DNA of 60,132 nucleotides, the filler included, from Squatina squatina (lineage: Eukaryota): the NCBI GenBank assembly GCA_031763465.1. It is 4 parts of 4 records of this genome, joined end to end, with 100 filler letters (N's around TTAATTAATTAA, not from the genome) between each part and the next. Parts side by side here need not be neighbours in the genome. Positions count along the whole stretch, not along the records: positions 1 to 16,078 come from JARFOE010000001.1; 3 more parts are not named here. The stretch is one strand, 5' to 3'. The notes under the pieces were generated by a model that saw only the letters and a list, made by a program, of their open reading frames with translations, ran no database searches and was not told the origin of the DNA. Shown here piece after piece: positions 1-13,275 of this stretch (positions within the stretch are counted from its first letter, which is position 1; each line of letters opens with the position of its first letter). The position numbers were made by a program, and so were the translations under genes.

Positions 1-2762
1 GGAGGTCATTGACAAATAATTGCTGTAATGAGCAAAAAAAAAGCAATCTTCTGCAGGCGCAGTGTGGCTCCAGTTTGACTGTAGCTGGGGGCAAAGCGGA
101 ACCCTTTATCATTCCGACAATTGGAATGACTTTTTCACTAGGGGCTCAGTAACGTTTCCTTTATATTTCTATGATCGTTTCCTACCGCGAATAATGGGAT
201 TTCAGGAAATCCTGTGACAACAGAATTATTTCCGGATTTTATTTTATTTTTTAAACTATTGATTATATAAACACTTTTATACGCCGAATATCTTAATACA
301 GAAGGGCACAGACAGATCAGCCAGCCAAATGTTTTTCAACAGGTCTGTTGCTATATTTCCTTGCGAGCCACCACTCTCGAGGCATGTTGAGGGCTCTGTT
401 TGGGATTATTGGGCAATACAATGCAAACCAGGATCCAGAAAGGCTTCCTTTTAACTTCAAGGGGCAAAAATCAAGAGCGTGACCTGGAGCAAAAGTCCTG
501 CTTATTGTTTAGGAGCCGATTTTTCACGGGTGGCTGAGGCAGTGACCCCCTCCTGTCCATCGACCCCGCCGGTTTTTAATATACAACTTCAATGGCGTTG
601 GCGTTGAGAGACAAGCGTCGAGTCCCTGTGTCGCTCCGCGCCAATCCGACATCCCTTTAGTCTGTCCCGAGTATTTCCTTTTGATGTCAATATTCAATTT
701 AAAGGCTTGTCGGCGGCGCTCCAGTCATAGGCAGATGCCCCGAAGAAGCTCGCCAGAAAACGTGACATTATTGTATTCTCAACTTCACTCCCGGCCTCGC
801 TTTATTTGGCCCGAGGGTTAGCCTCATTGCTCAATTACACCCCATATGCCAACAATTAATAAATAAGTAATGACAATAAGTTCGGAATCATACGGATGGA
901 CGCTCCGGCTGAAAAGAGAAACTGACACAAAAGAGGGAGAGATTTGCCGGTCCTTTTCATCGGGTGATTGTCTTTTTTATACATATTTTTTCTCTCTCTT
1001 GCCTGGGGTTAAACAGCAAACAAAAAAACTCAACTTTGTTTTTCATTTTAAGCATCGCAACACGGGTAGTTGAATCTGTGTTTCCCCTAAACAGAAGTGT
1101 GGTGGCGCCGTGCAGCCTGACCAACAGACATTTAATAATCATTTGTTTTTCTAAAATCGCATATTGATAGACATTAACCAGTTAGCTCAGTAAACCCAGC
1201 TTAGAGCTGCTTAAACCTTCCGTCTTACCAATGTGTCACTCGCTTACTTTGCGTCCTTCGAGCGGAGCATTTTTTTTAAAACAAAAAATATACTCGTATT
1301 TTATCCCAGAGTTGTCAGATTCACTCGAAACCGATTTAATTTAGCAACCATGTCATGCTGCTCCATCGAGTCAATGTCCGTTCTAAATTATTTTTTAAGG
1401 CCGTTTGTTCCGCGTTCTGGCCGCCGCTGTGAGATGCAGCCTCTCAAGGCCAGTTCAGTGATGAAAGGGTTAAAACGTTGCTGTCTGAGCGAGGCCAAGA
1501 GCTTTTGTAGCCCATGAATTCAAAGGGCAGACACACTTAATCAAACTACAAAGGCCAGGTGGAGGTAAGATCAAGCTCTTGTGTTTTGATGGATGGAGAA
1601 GCAATTGTCTTTATTCCTTTCAACTCACAGCACATTCCAGCCACAATAACCGACTCTTGTTTTCTGAGTTGCACTCAGAAAACCCTCGGCAAACTTCACA
1701 TCCCCGTATCACTTTCGCTTTTACACCCGACTCACACACGCTACCAACATGCACATTTGCAAATGGGACCTGGCGGATAAGAATTTTCTGCAAAGGAATA
1801 GAATCGGTTGCAGGAGCTAGATGGAATCGGTTCAAAGTACATTGGAAGGAAATATCCCTCAGAGGTGGTATTTTTACACTAGTTGCTGCAATTGTCAGTT
1901 TCCCAAAGCGTGGGAATGCTCAAGCAACAAGTGCAATGTGCCAGCGCCGTTTACCGCCTGTTTCGTTCAGCTCATTTACACCACTCACTGTCAGTAAAGC
2001 TCCCAAGAATTATTAAAATATGACTTCGGACCTGATGTAAGATAAATATCGCACGATTTATTTATCCTATCAGCTGTTCCAGAATCTACTCTCGTTCATC
2101 CGCTAAGTACCCACGTCACTTTTTTCCAGACATTTGACATCTCTGAGCTTTAACTAGGAAGGAAAAAAATCCATCCATTCAATATCCCTGACTAAAACTT
2201 GGGCAGTATTTTAAAATTATTTATATAATTGCTAACTATTTCCAAAATCGGAGAACTGAAGAGGCAATTTATAAATGCACCAATATTTGAATAGCAATCA
2301 GTTCGCTGGCTTGTGGGTTAAAAGGGTAGGGATTTTTGTGGTTACTCATTCACTTCAGTGACTGAAGTTGCAAGTAGAACGAGCAAATCCTGCTTGTATG
2401 AGCTTTGTGAGGTCAATTTCAAAGTAGTCCTACATTGAGTGAATGCCTTCAATTTCTGGTAACTTTCCAAGACTCTCCTACATTATTGAGGGGAGGGGGG
2501 CTTGTTTAATAAGACCTTCAAGTTCGGAACTTACGAGACTCGTTTCGACCGAATGTAAAAACGTCTTTTTCAAAATGTGCGATCTGAATATTTATGGTGT
2601 AAGTCCTGAGATCGTATAAGAATCTCTTTAAACTGAAATTATAATTAGAAATCTATAAATTGGCACCTCATCTATTAACAATACAAAACTCTCCAGGCAC
2701 CAAAACATTTCAATGTTGAAAACATAGACGATAGAAATTAAAAAAATATTCTTGAAGAATTC
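1..2762. promoter_or_regulatory. CpG-retaining non-coding region, possible regulatory domain
   Basis: CG dinucleotides visibly more frequent than in other unique sequence of the window, no recognisable repeat, no convincing ORF; GC box-like ccccgcc near 565 and CCAAT near 641. Confidence 0.35.
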
Positions 2763-4776
2763 NNNNNNNNNNNNNNNNNNNNNNNNNNNNNNNNNNNNNN
2801 NNNNNNNNNNNNNNNNNNNNNNNNNNNNNNNNNNNNNNNNNNNNNNNNNNNNNNNNNNNNNNTGGTTGTCTGCCCATTGTAGTATTCCTGTGGGAAGCTT
2901 TATGCACAAAACATTTGAGTTTGCGGAGATAATGCTGCTGCATACTTGGAGCTCTTTGATCGCCGAATTTAAGACATTTTCAGTGCAGTGATGGGCATTA
3001 CGTGGCTTTCCAATAGACATCTTTACAAGTTTGAGTCAGTAAAACTCATTTGGTAGCACAGGCTGGAATTTTGGCAATGGATCAAAGAGGTGGGTTCCTC
3101 TCCTGTAGACCCTTTGTGCAAACATATGCTGAGGAAATGATAATGATGATGGTAATGGTAACGATTCAGTTGAATATGAAGCAGAAGTCTAACAGCCGTG
3201 CAAAGGTGCCTACAGGTTTACAATGCACCGTGCCAGCTGCAACAAGGAATTTTTATTTACACCATCTGCCCTGTTGTATAGATGTAAAAACATGCATCAA
3301 AGAAGTAAACAGAAAGATAAAGAAAAAAAATGAAAGAAAATAATACGAGAATAAAGTTATCAGATGAGAAGGGATCAGTAACAGAGTGGTTAGTATGGTT
3401 TTGCCTGTGGGTTTGAGTCCAGCCCAGACACTCCTTGGCTGTAAGAGTCCTATGTAAAATGAGTTTGAACAGTCATATTCTAGCTTATAGCGGGACTTTA
3501 CTATAGCACAAAAGTGCATAAAATTTGGCACAGTCTGGCATAAATTAATTCACTGTGTGTTTTCTTTAGTCCACTGAGTAATGCATTTGTATAGACACTT
3601 GTCTGTGCCCTTTTACTATTTTCCCATTTGTTATACATTAAAATGGCACAGATAGGAATTTATGTAAAAATTTGAATCGGTGTGCTAAAAATAGCAGGCA
3701 GAGGAAATTAAACCTATAAATTGGCAATCTCACTGAGGGAGATGTCAGGGAATGATTGGTGTGAAAAGTTCTGGTATATTGCACAGTGTGGTAAAGCCAT
3801 ATTGGTACTGCCAGACATCCACCTGCCACATTTTGGAGGAAGATACCATTCCACACTCACCTCACCTTCACGAACAACTGCTTAAAAACTCGTGAACAGG
3901 GTGACTTTCAATTAAATATCAGAATAATATTTTACGATATTACATGAGTTCTAGAAGTTGGGGTTAGGTAATGTTTTAGTTTCTAATCTTCAGCTTAATC
4001 ATCTATTGTATTCTATCACATTAGGAACCAATGAAGATAATCGTTATTTATTTAGTCCTGTGCTCTTTTGTTAATCTGTTTTAAAATTATGGGNNNNNNN
4101 NNNNNNNNNNNNNNNNNNNNNNNNNNNNNNNNNNNNNNNNNNNNNNNNNNNNNNNNNNNNNNNNNNNNNNNNNNNNNNNNNNNNNNNNNNNNNAACGTTT
4201 GTTTGTTACACTCAGGAGTTGCCTTAGATCTGATGTGTAGTTAGACAAGATTTTGAATACTCCAATGGCAGAACTTTAGAATTTCCTTAATGTAACTGGT
4301 CGTTGCAACCAGTACAGTGTTATGTATTGTGCATTTGGATAGACGTTTAGTAAGATGGAAGTAATAGAGGAGCCGCCAGCTGCACTAAAACTGCCTTTGA
4401 AGGGATCTGAAAGTTTGTCTTGAAAGCTGAGTTGCAACAGGAAATAACATTAGCAGTCATACACTTAATAGCTCTATAGTATCCCGCAAGGGAGTTTGGG
4501 CATTTGTATCATTACTTAAACAGCCAGGAACAGCCTATGGCTATTCCTAATAGCAATCCACCCTTTTGATGGCATTGCAGACATTACAGAGCATATGTGC
4601 ACAAGCAGTAGATAATATGATGATGCTGGGTCCTTGTGACAATGTCACTGTGTTGAGTTGTGTGCTTAATTCATTTTATTGCATCTAGAAAATAAGAAGA
4701 CATTGGCAATGGAGCAATGAGCAAGGTTTATCATTATGCAACAGGTGTAGATTAAATAGAGATAGAGACATATTAC

Positions 4777-4892
4777 AAATGCTGGAAATCAGAAATAAAA
4801 ACAGAAGGTCAGCACCTGAAGGAGAAATATAGGTTTGGATGTAACTTGTCATCAGAACTGCTGTTCATTTCCAGCACTTTCCCTTTTTATTT
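4777..4892. mobile_element. Short degenerate Penelope-like terminal fragment with inverted ends
   Basis: aaatgctggaaat ... catcagaactg ... atttccagcactt; same motifs as the terminus at 12610-12710. Confidence 0.55.
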
Positions 4893-6369
4893 AATACTAG
4901 TTCTGTGTCTATTCTAGGGTAAACAATCATTTTTAGATTGGAAGTAATTTTCACCTTCATCACTTGGTTGGTAAACTGATGGAGCAGATCATCCTCCCAT
5001 TATAGAACCTGTCTGGTTTCCTCTTCCATTGAAATCAAGAGATGAGAGATGTAAAACAGGCTGCCAATTAGCTATTGCCTGTTTTAAACTATTGGACAAA
5101 GTCAAANNNNNNNNNNNNNNNNNNNNNNNNNNNNNNNNNNNNNNNNNNNNNNNNNNNNNNNNNNNNNNNNNNNNNNNNNNNNNNNNNNNNNNNNNNNNNN
5201 NNNNNNAGTTCCGTCCTGGTATACAAAGTTGCATTAGGCATGTGGTGGAGGGAATTTAAATTTTAACTGTCCTGAAGTGAGTACAATTAATTGATTACAC
5301 ACCCTCGACCCCATATTTTTCAAATAAGCGTTAAAAAACTTTTATTGATTGCCCCGAGGTTTGTCTCCTCGAGGTGGCAGGAATACCACTGGGAGGTGGT
5401 CACAAGGGAGACTGACCCTGGGAAATTGGCCAGACGTGTGGGCATGGGGTGAATGGAGGTCTCGCCCCTCCAATGTTGCGCTGGCGTAAGCAATGAGAGG
5501 AAAATTGGCACAGCACTTTATGATCCCTTGGTTATAGCTGGCATGCGGAGGAAAATTCTACCCAAAGAGTTTAACTATAATTGCCCTTTTTAAGTGGATG
5601 TCTGCAAGTTTTGTGTAATCTATATCCGGATTTCACACACCTCTGGCTTTGTGCTATTGGTGCTCAAGAGAAAATGTGCTTTGGCTATGATTACACTGAG
5701 TTGCATTTGCACTATCAATTAATCACCGGCATTCAGCATTACTGTCCAAGTAGAAAATCAGTAATTAAACCAACGATTAAAGTGCAGAATGCATTGAATC
5801 AAGCCCAATAAAGAGTTTGCATCACTTTTCTTTCCAGCGCTAAATGTGTGTGCTATTAAAGCAAATTTGAAGCAGAGTTTAATTGTTCCCCTCTGTAAGA
5901 GAAATGCCTAGCCATAAATCTGCCGTATATCTATGCTACATATGAAAGTGGTTTAATTTATAGAACCACTGGAATTCATTAAGAATAACTGACACAATTG
6001 CTGGTTTTAGCTTTATTGGAAATCAATAATGTTTTTACACAGACTGGCTAAAATGATTAAATTGTATCATGTATAATGTACTGAAAAATACAGCAACATA
6101 TATTACATAGGTTTAGATGACACGGAATCCAACTATGTTGACAAATTAAATGTAATACATGAACCCACTTGCTACATGACTGCATGCATCCAGTAAGGAA
6201 ATGAGTGCGCAATGGATAAAGGCACAGAAAATGTGCCAGAACACTTGACTCAGGCCAGCTATTAGGGGATTCAATGTGATCTGACTGCCAAAATCCCTGA
6301 TCTAGTGGAGGAGTGACATTAGTACTCGATTCATATTGTCATTTTTGTAGATGCTAAGTGATTTCCTGT

Positions 6370-6677
6370 AGCTCCTCTAATTCTACCCTCTTGAGCAACT
6401 CTGATTATAATCGCTCACCCATTGGTGGCTGTGCCTTCTGTTGCCTGGGCCCTAAGCTCTGGAATTCCCTCCCTAAACCTCTCCGCCTGTCTACTTCTCT
6501 CTCCTCCTTTAAGACTCTCCTTAAAACCTGCCTCTTTGACCAAGCTTTTGATCACCTGTCCTAATTTCTCCTCATGTGGCTCAGTGTCAAATTTTTTGTC
6601 TTTTAACACTCCTGTGAAGTGCCTTGGGATGTTTTACTACTTTAAAGGCGCTATATAAATACAAGTTGTTGTTGTTG
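6370..6677 (+). mobile_element. L2-clade LINE 3' end
   Basis: Encodes IGGCAFCCLGPKLWNSLPKPLRLSTSLSSFKTLLKTCLFDQAF (L2 ORF2 C-terminus), then the tail aaaggcgctatataaatacaagttgttgttgttg. Confidence 0.85.
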
Positions 6678-7121
6678 GTATTGCTTATGGGCAAAAGGTT
6701 TTTTAAAAAATATGTGCTCGTCTCTCTTCCTATATTTGTGTCTCTGCTTATTTCCCTCTCTAACTCNNNNNNNNNNNNNNNNNNNNNNNNNNNNNNNNNN
6801 NNNNNNNNNNNNNNNNNNNNNNNNNNNNNNNNNNNNNNNNNNNNNNNNNNNNNNNNNNNNNNNNNNAAATTTGGTGAGAAGGTGGGTCAGGTTGATGTCT
6901 GAAAAAGGGATGGTTGGACATGTATTTGTGTTCCTATGTAACATGCAATAAAATAAGTCCTGATTTCACTGAGGTTCCGGCCATAATAGCACGTGGTACA
7001 CTGGGACTTCATTCTACGTACAATATGCTTTGCTGCTGGAAGATACAAGAAATTATTTTTGCTTGTAATGGCTACTTAAGTTGTAAAAATTCAAAATAAT
7101 AATACATTTCCAGGTTCCTAC

Positions 7122-7274
7122 CTGTTTCTTGATTTTGAGCTTGACGAACATGTCTAGTGGCCCACTGCCTTAGAAATGAAAGAATGATTTGGGTGCCTAA
7201 CTGTATTATATCCAAAGGGGGAAACTGAAGTGGACAATTCCTCAGATTAAGTGCTTTAAGAGATAGTACATTTC
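7122..7274 (-). CDS. LRRC27: LRRC27 internal coding exon (leucine-rich repeat and C-cap region)
   Basis: Minus strand tttcag|GA AAT GTA ... ACA G|gtagg encodes (G)NVLSLKALNLRNCPLQFPPLDIIQLGTQIILSFLRQWATRHVRQAQNQET, matching the recalled LRRC27 segment LKALNLRHCPLEFPP...FLRMWA; phase joins the upstream exon (G+GA = Gly). Confidence 0.88.
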
Positions 7275-7466
7275 CTGAAAATAAAACAGTAACCAAAATT
7301 TAATACCACAAATTCTACACATAAAATAAGCTCAATTTGCTTGTTTATAAAGTAACTCAAATGAACTAGAACCTTTTAGCAAAAGATACGTATTTTTTCG
7401 ATGAAATGGAAGTAACAGACATTAAAATTACTATTTTACTCTCAACAATTATGTAATAATCCTTAC

Positions 7467-7525
7467 CTAGTTCAACCGGTAATTCTCTGAGTGGATTTGT
7501 CTCCAACAAAAGTGTTCTGAGACAT
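7467..7525 (-). CDS. LRRC27: LRRC27 59-nt coding exon (one leucine-rich repeat)
   Basis: tttttttcag|A TGT CTC AGA ... GAA CTA G|gtaagg encodes CLRTLLLETNPLRELPVEL(G), a canonical LxxLxLxxNxLxxLP repeat like recalled LRRC27 [20 protein letters not shown]; not in the ORF track. Confidence 0.88.
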
Positions 7526-7695
7526 CTGAAAAAAAAATCTCTTTACTGTCTTTATTCATTTTTGAAATTAAAATTTAACTATTTTACTACTTACANNNNN
7601 NNNNNNNNNNNNNNNNNNNNNNNNNNNNNNNNNNNNNNNNNNNNNNNNNNNNNNNNNNNNNNNNNNNNNNNNNNNNNNNNNNNNNNNNNNNNNNN

Positions 7696-7936
7696 CAGTT
7701 TAGGGAATTTTGAAATGGGGCGCCAACGAGGTGCCACATGCACTGATGACGTCATTGGAGGCGCTAACTTGATCTCGCCTGGCTGTGGAGGCGCTAAAGT
7801 TTAACGCCTAAAGTTTTACCCTCGTGAATTTTGCGGGAGGCAAAACAGTGATTTAACGCCTAAAGAATTTTTATCTCCCTGTTAAAGCCTTAAGTAGGCA
7901 TTAAGCGAATTTCGCGCCATGCCGAATTTCTCCCCC
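7696..7936. mobile_element. GC/CpG-rich interspersed repeat end, probable non-autonomous DNA transposon
   Basis: Starts at a gap, repeated ttaacgcc/gcgctaa motifs shared with 18876-19060, ends gaatttctccccc. Confidence 0.5.
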
Positions 7937-8046
7937 ATATATTCTTCTACCACATAATCAGGGAAAAACAATAAAGAATAATTGTTGCTTTTTAATGTTT
8001 TGCAGGAAATCACTTAAAGTGAGTATCCCTTTCCCAATGGCTTATT

Positions 8047-8608
8047 TAGGCAAATTTCCGGGGCGGCCAATTCGACTGCCCTGAGTTACTGGCATTAAGG
8101 GACAAATTGGTGAGCACAAAATTCTGATCGCGAAACTCTCCCTTTAAGGCCTGTAATTTGACACTTCGAAAAAAATTCCTGACAGCTTTAAAAACCATGC
8201 TAATTTCAGCGCTAAAGGGCACTTTTAATCTTTGCTTATTTCAGCAGGCGAATTGTGGAACGGATCTAAGGAGCTGTTGTCAAGTGTCAGGCCACCTCAG
8301 CCCTTAAAGGGGTTCATTCTGGCGACAGAAGCAACGCTTAGGTCAGTCAAATCTTAAATCGTTGGTGGATGAGGAGGGTTTGTCTTGTCAACTGCTGTGC
8401 TTGGCAGACATAACCGATGCAACCTGCACCCTCGGGAAGACAGCTATGTTGGCAATGCCCATGCTCTGTCTTGATGACCTGGCATCTGAAGACTCGCCGA
8501 TCATACCTCATTTGATGTCACCTTCCTGCCCGAAATCTTGGAGGATAATGCAGGGCTGCGGCGTGTGCCACCAGTGACGTCGCTGGCTCTAGCAAGTGAA
8601 GGGGTCGC
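8047..8608. mobile_element. GC-rich interspersed repeat, probable non-autonomous DNA transposon left end
   Basis: Begins taggcaaatttccgggg, CpG-rich, runs into a gap. Confidence 0.45.
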
Positions 8609-8925
8609 NNNNNNNNNNNNNNNNNNNNNNNNNNNNNNNNNNNNNNNNNNNNNNNNNNNNNNNNNNNNNNNNNNNNNNNNNNNNNNNNNNNNNNNNNNNN
8701 NNNNNNNNGGCCTGGATAAAGCTGATAATTGTCATTTATGATAATTGCACCTAAATCTTTCCTCTTGTCCATCTGCCTGGTTAAGAACGCTTACATACAA
8801 TTGTGTAGAATCACGAGTGTAACTTAGACATACTGGTGCAACCAACTTATTCAATTTTACAGTACATGATTTGGTAGCCAAGATTTTGTTTTGAATAAAT
8901 GCAAATGCTGTTGAAAACTGCTTGA

Positions 8926-9129
<204 letters not shown>

Positions 9130-9284
9130 TAAGTAGCTTCTTGTAATAATTAAATGAGCTCATAAAATGTGAAGATGGAAAAGCATGTCAAATTAAAATA
9201 CTCCTAATACAGTGCAAGTGCTTCCAAATATTGTTTAGTTGCTTGAGTGTAAATGTATTTTCATATTATTTGCATGTTATAAAG

Positions 9285-9732
9285 AAATGACCTAGACTTG
9301 AGTAAAGGGGGTACAATTTTGAAGTTTGCGGATGATATGAAACTAATAAATAGTGAGGAGGATATCTGCAAACTTCAGGGGCACATAGACAAACTGTAGA
9401 AATGGGCAGACATATGGCAGATGCAATTTAATGCGGTTAAGTGTGGAGTGATGCATTTTGGGAGAGGCAGTATAATTGAAATGGTATGATTTTGAGAGAG
9501 GTGCAAGAGGAGAGGGGGTGCATATTCACAAAACTTTAAAGATGGCAGGGCAAGTTGATAAGGCAGTTAAGAAAGTGTCTGGGACACTTGGCTTGTAAAT
9601 AGGGCCATTGAATACAAAAACAAGGAGATCATGCTAAACATTTGCAAAACACTGGTTAGGTCTCAGCTGGAGTATTGTGTACCATTCTTGGCATTGCACT
9701 TTAGGAAGGATGCCAAGGCCTTGGAGAGGGTG
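9285..9732 (+). mobile_element. CR1 LINE reverse transcriptase fragment, decayed
   Basis: KFADD, W..xWQMQFNAVKCGVMHFG and KTLVRSQLEYCVPF...KALERV motifs with stops and frameshifts. Confidence 0.88.
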
Positions 9733-10731
9733 NNNNNNNNNNNNNNNNNNNNNNNNNNNNNNNNNNNNNNNNNNNNNNNNNNNNNNNNNNNNNNNNNNNN
9801 NNNNNNNNNNNNNNNNNNNNNNNNNNNNNNNNTGCCAAGTAATTTCACAATAACATTTCTGTTAGTAATAGGGTTAAACGAGTACAGCTTTACACTTGGC
9901 ATCTGGAAGAAAATGTTTTTAAATTGTTCTGGAGCTGGTGAATCAAAATAAATCTTACTCAAAGATTTTGTTACAATTCTTATTTATTGGAGATTGCTGG
10001 ATAATCCTTTCAGTATCGCTGAAATCACAAATTCAGTCTTATGAGTTGGCACTCAGGTGGCAAAATTGTGTAATATTCCAAGAGGAATTCACTGTTTTGA
10101 AGCCTAGGTAGAGCCACATTTTATCAGCAAGGGATCAATATCACTGACAAGACACAGTTCTAACAGAAATTCAGCTTTCAGTGAGGACTTCACGGTTTTG
10201 CTTGGTTGATACCATTCCATACACGTGAATTGCAAACTGATGACGGAGCTTATCATTGATAATCTTGATTGCGTCATATGCTTAACCTTGTATGAGAATC
10301 GTACATATAAAAGATTTTGTACGAAGTTGATTTCCGAGCTTTTAGAAGGCAGAAAGAAATTTAACAATAGGTAAAGAAACAATATGAGATGGTATCATAC
10401 CTGTAGTCATGTCGAAAAGTTCACTTCTCCATAATTCAGTAAAATAGCAGATTGATGGTACTTAGGGCACAACGAAAAGTGGGAACATACAACCCTCCTT
10501 TTTTACCTAATACATAAGCTGTAATTATCGGAACATATATCACTTAACTACATTAAATTCCTTAACCCCAACACCAACATTAATACCACAATACCATTCC
10601 TGTTTAGCTAGTATGAACAACAATTGTCTTTNNNNNNNNNNNNNNNNNNNNNNNNNNNNNNNNNNNNNNNNNNNNNNNNNNNNNNNNNNNNNNNNNNNNN
10701 NNNNNNNNNNNNNNNNNNNNNNNNNNNNNNN

Positions 10732-11109
<378 letters not shown>

Positions 11110-11458
11110 TGATAGGGCAGATAACAGATCTGTGGGGTTAAAGTAATGTACTCATTAGGGAAATGTACTAATGATGGAGAGATTATAAATTTTTAAACAT
11201 GCAAAAAGTACGTAAAATAATTTTCTTTAACAGAACTGGTTTAACATATAATTTTGTTAAAATATCTTTCTAGATGTATATTGAAATAGACTGTGAAAAT
11301 AAATGGAAGTCCTTTACAACTAATAGTGAATTATTTGACTACAAATTTGGAAGAAATTGACGAGTGGCAGAGGTGTGAATGGTTGTGTAGTCTTTCTTAC
11401 AAGTGAAATAAATGCTAGTTAGTAGTGAAATATTCTATGGAAAGAGATTAGAAGAAAA

Positions 11459-11671
11459 GGGGCAAAATTCCCCTTCCGGGTTCATCCTGGGTGCGTCTCC
11501 GAGAGGCCCTCCCTGGGCGATGACCTCTTTATGGCAGCTGATGGCACTCCAGCCAGCCGCCGCGAGATTCAGCCAGCGGATAGCAGCCGTGCTCTCCCGC
11601 TGGCAGCGAGACACTTGGTGGTGCACAGTGATGATGGCATCATCACCGTGCGCAGCGCCCCCAAAGGGACC
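11459..11671. mobile_element. GC-rich repeat end (ggggcaaaatt terminus)
   Basis: Abrupt GC/CpG rise starting ggggcaaaattcc and ending at a gap. Confidence 0.45.
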
Positions 11672-12609
11672 NNNNNNNNNNNNNNNNNNNNNNNNNNNNN
11701 NNNNNNNNNNNNNNNNNNNNNNNNNNNNNNNNNNNNNNNNNNNNNNNNNNNNNNNNNNNNNNNNNNNNNNNTCTGCCCACCAGTAGTGCAAATTAAAAAG
11801 TGCAAAGAACATCGTAAAACTATATACAGCAGCTCAAACGTTGTTATTTCAGTTCAGTTTCTAATCCATAAATCTACACCAATGGTTGGATCAAGTAAAG
11901 CTCAAGTATAGAATGTTGCGTGGTTCTATGCCATAATGTGTGATGGTTATAACTGGTTAGCCGTGGCTTTTTCAAAGAAATAATTTCATGGTGTAACTGT
12001 TTGCAATTCTTGAACTGCTTCCATTTTCACAATGAGCACCTGCTTCAAAAAGCAGTGTAATTTGCATAAAATATGAAACATTTTCCTCTATTTGTTGATT
12101 GTCTGAGGAAATTACTGCTTGTCCCGTATTCGGTGTTTCTTTTATCAACAGAGACTGGCAGCTAGAAAGCAATCTTTCAGAGTTTCAGTCCTAAGTGTTT
12201 GGATGGTTACTTTAAGCTCACTCATCTACAAAGTTTCACTTTGTACCACAATGGACAATAAAGATAGTTATAGGAAAGTGCATACTAAACCTCTACTTTT
12301 CGTGCTAATTTCATGCAGGCAGCCATTTAAAGAAAATAGAGATTTTGGCCTGGAACCTCCCCACGTTTTCTGCATAATTGCAGTATATAATCGGGGACAA
12401 GTAACTTTTCTTGGCAGTAGAATGAGAAAGGAGCTGTTTACGATGGTTTTTTTGTCCCAAAATCAATCCCCGTCCCCTGAATTGTTTGACTTTTTAGCAC
12501 TTACGTCCACCGAGCCCTGAATATATTATAATGCTTCCCAGTCTACACAGAGCAGAGCCTGTGAAACCAGCAGGAGATTTTCTTTGAACTGATGGGTTAC
12601 ATCATGCAT

Positions 12610-13175
12610 CCAAACAAAAAATGCTGGAAATACTCAGCAGGTCAGGCAGCATCTGTGGAGAGAAAAACAGAGTTAACGTTTCAGGTCGATGACCTTTCGT
12701 CAGAACTGAAAAAAGCCAGAAATACAGGAGGTTTTAAAGCACCGGCAGGGGACGGGAAAGGGTGGAGGNNNNNNNNNNGCTTCATTCCCACTCTGACCTC
12801 TCTGTACTTGATCTCTTACACTGTTCCAATGAAGCTTAACGCAAGCTTGAGGAACAACACCTCATCTTTCGATTAGGCACTTTACATGCTTCCGGACTCA
12901 ACATTGAGTTCAACAATTTCAGAGCATAACCTCTGCCCTATATTTTTTAATTTTTTTTCTCTTTTTTAAAAATTAATTTCTGTTTTCGTTTCCCTCTAAT
13001 GGCCGTTTACACTCTATCTAGATTTAATGTGTTTCTTAATGTGGCCATTAGCACCTCTGATTGCCTTGCATCATCTCTTAATCTCTTCTGCCTCCCACCC
13101 TTTCACTGATCTCTCCTTTGTTCTTTCCTCCCCTCCCACCTGTCCCTGCCCCTGCACTTGCTTGAAAACCTGCTG
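12610..13175 (+). mobile_element. Penelope-like element 3' region with inverted terminal segment
   Basis: 12780-12929 encodes HSDLSVLDLLHCSNEA*RKLEEQHLIFRLGTLHASGLNIEFNNFRA*, typical of the GIY-YIG C-terminus of Penelope-like elements; 12610-12768 is the terminal segment in opposite orientation. Confidence 0.75.
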
Positions 13176-13275
13176 NNNNNNNNNNNNNNNNNNNNNNNNN
13201 NNNNNNNNNNNNNNNNNNNNNNNNNNNNNNNNNNNNNNNNNNNNNNNNNNNNNNNNNNNNNNNNNNNNNNNNNNN

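Noticed and set aside
1233-2016. Overlapping 70-145 aa ORFs in the CpG-rich contig
   Set aside because: No domain resemblance or consistent splice structure; expected by chance.
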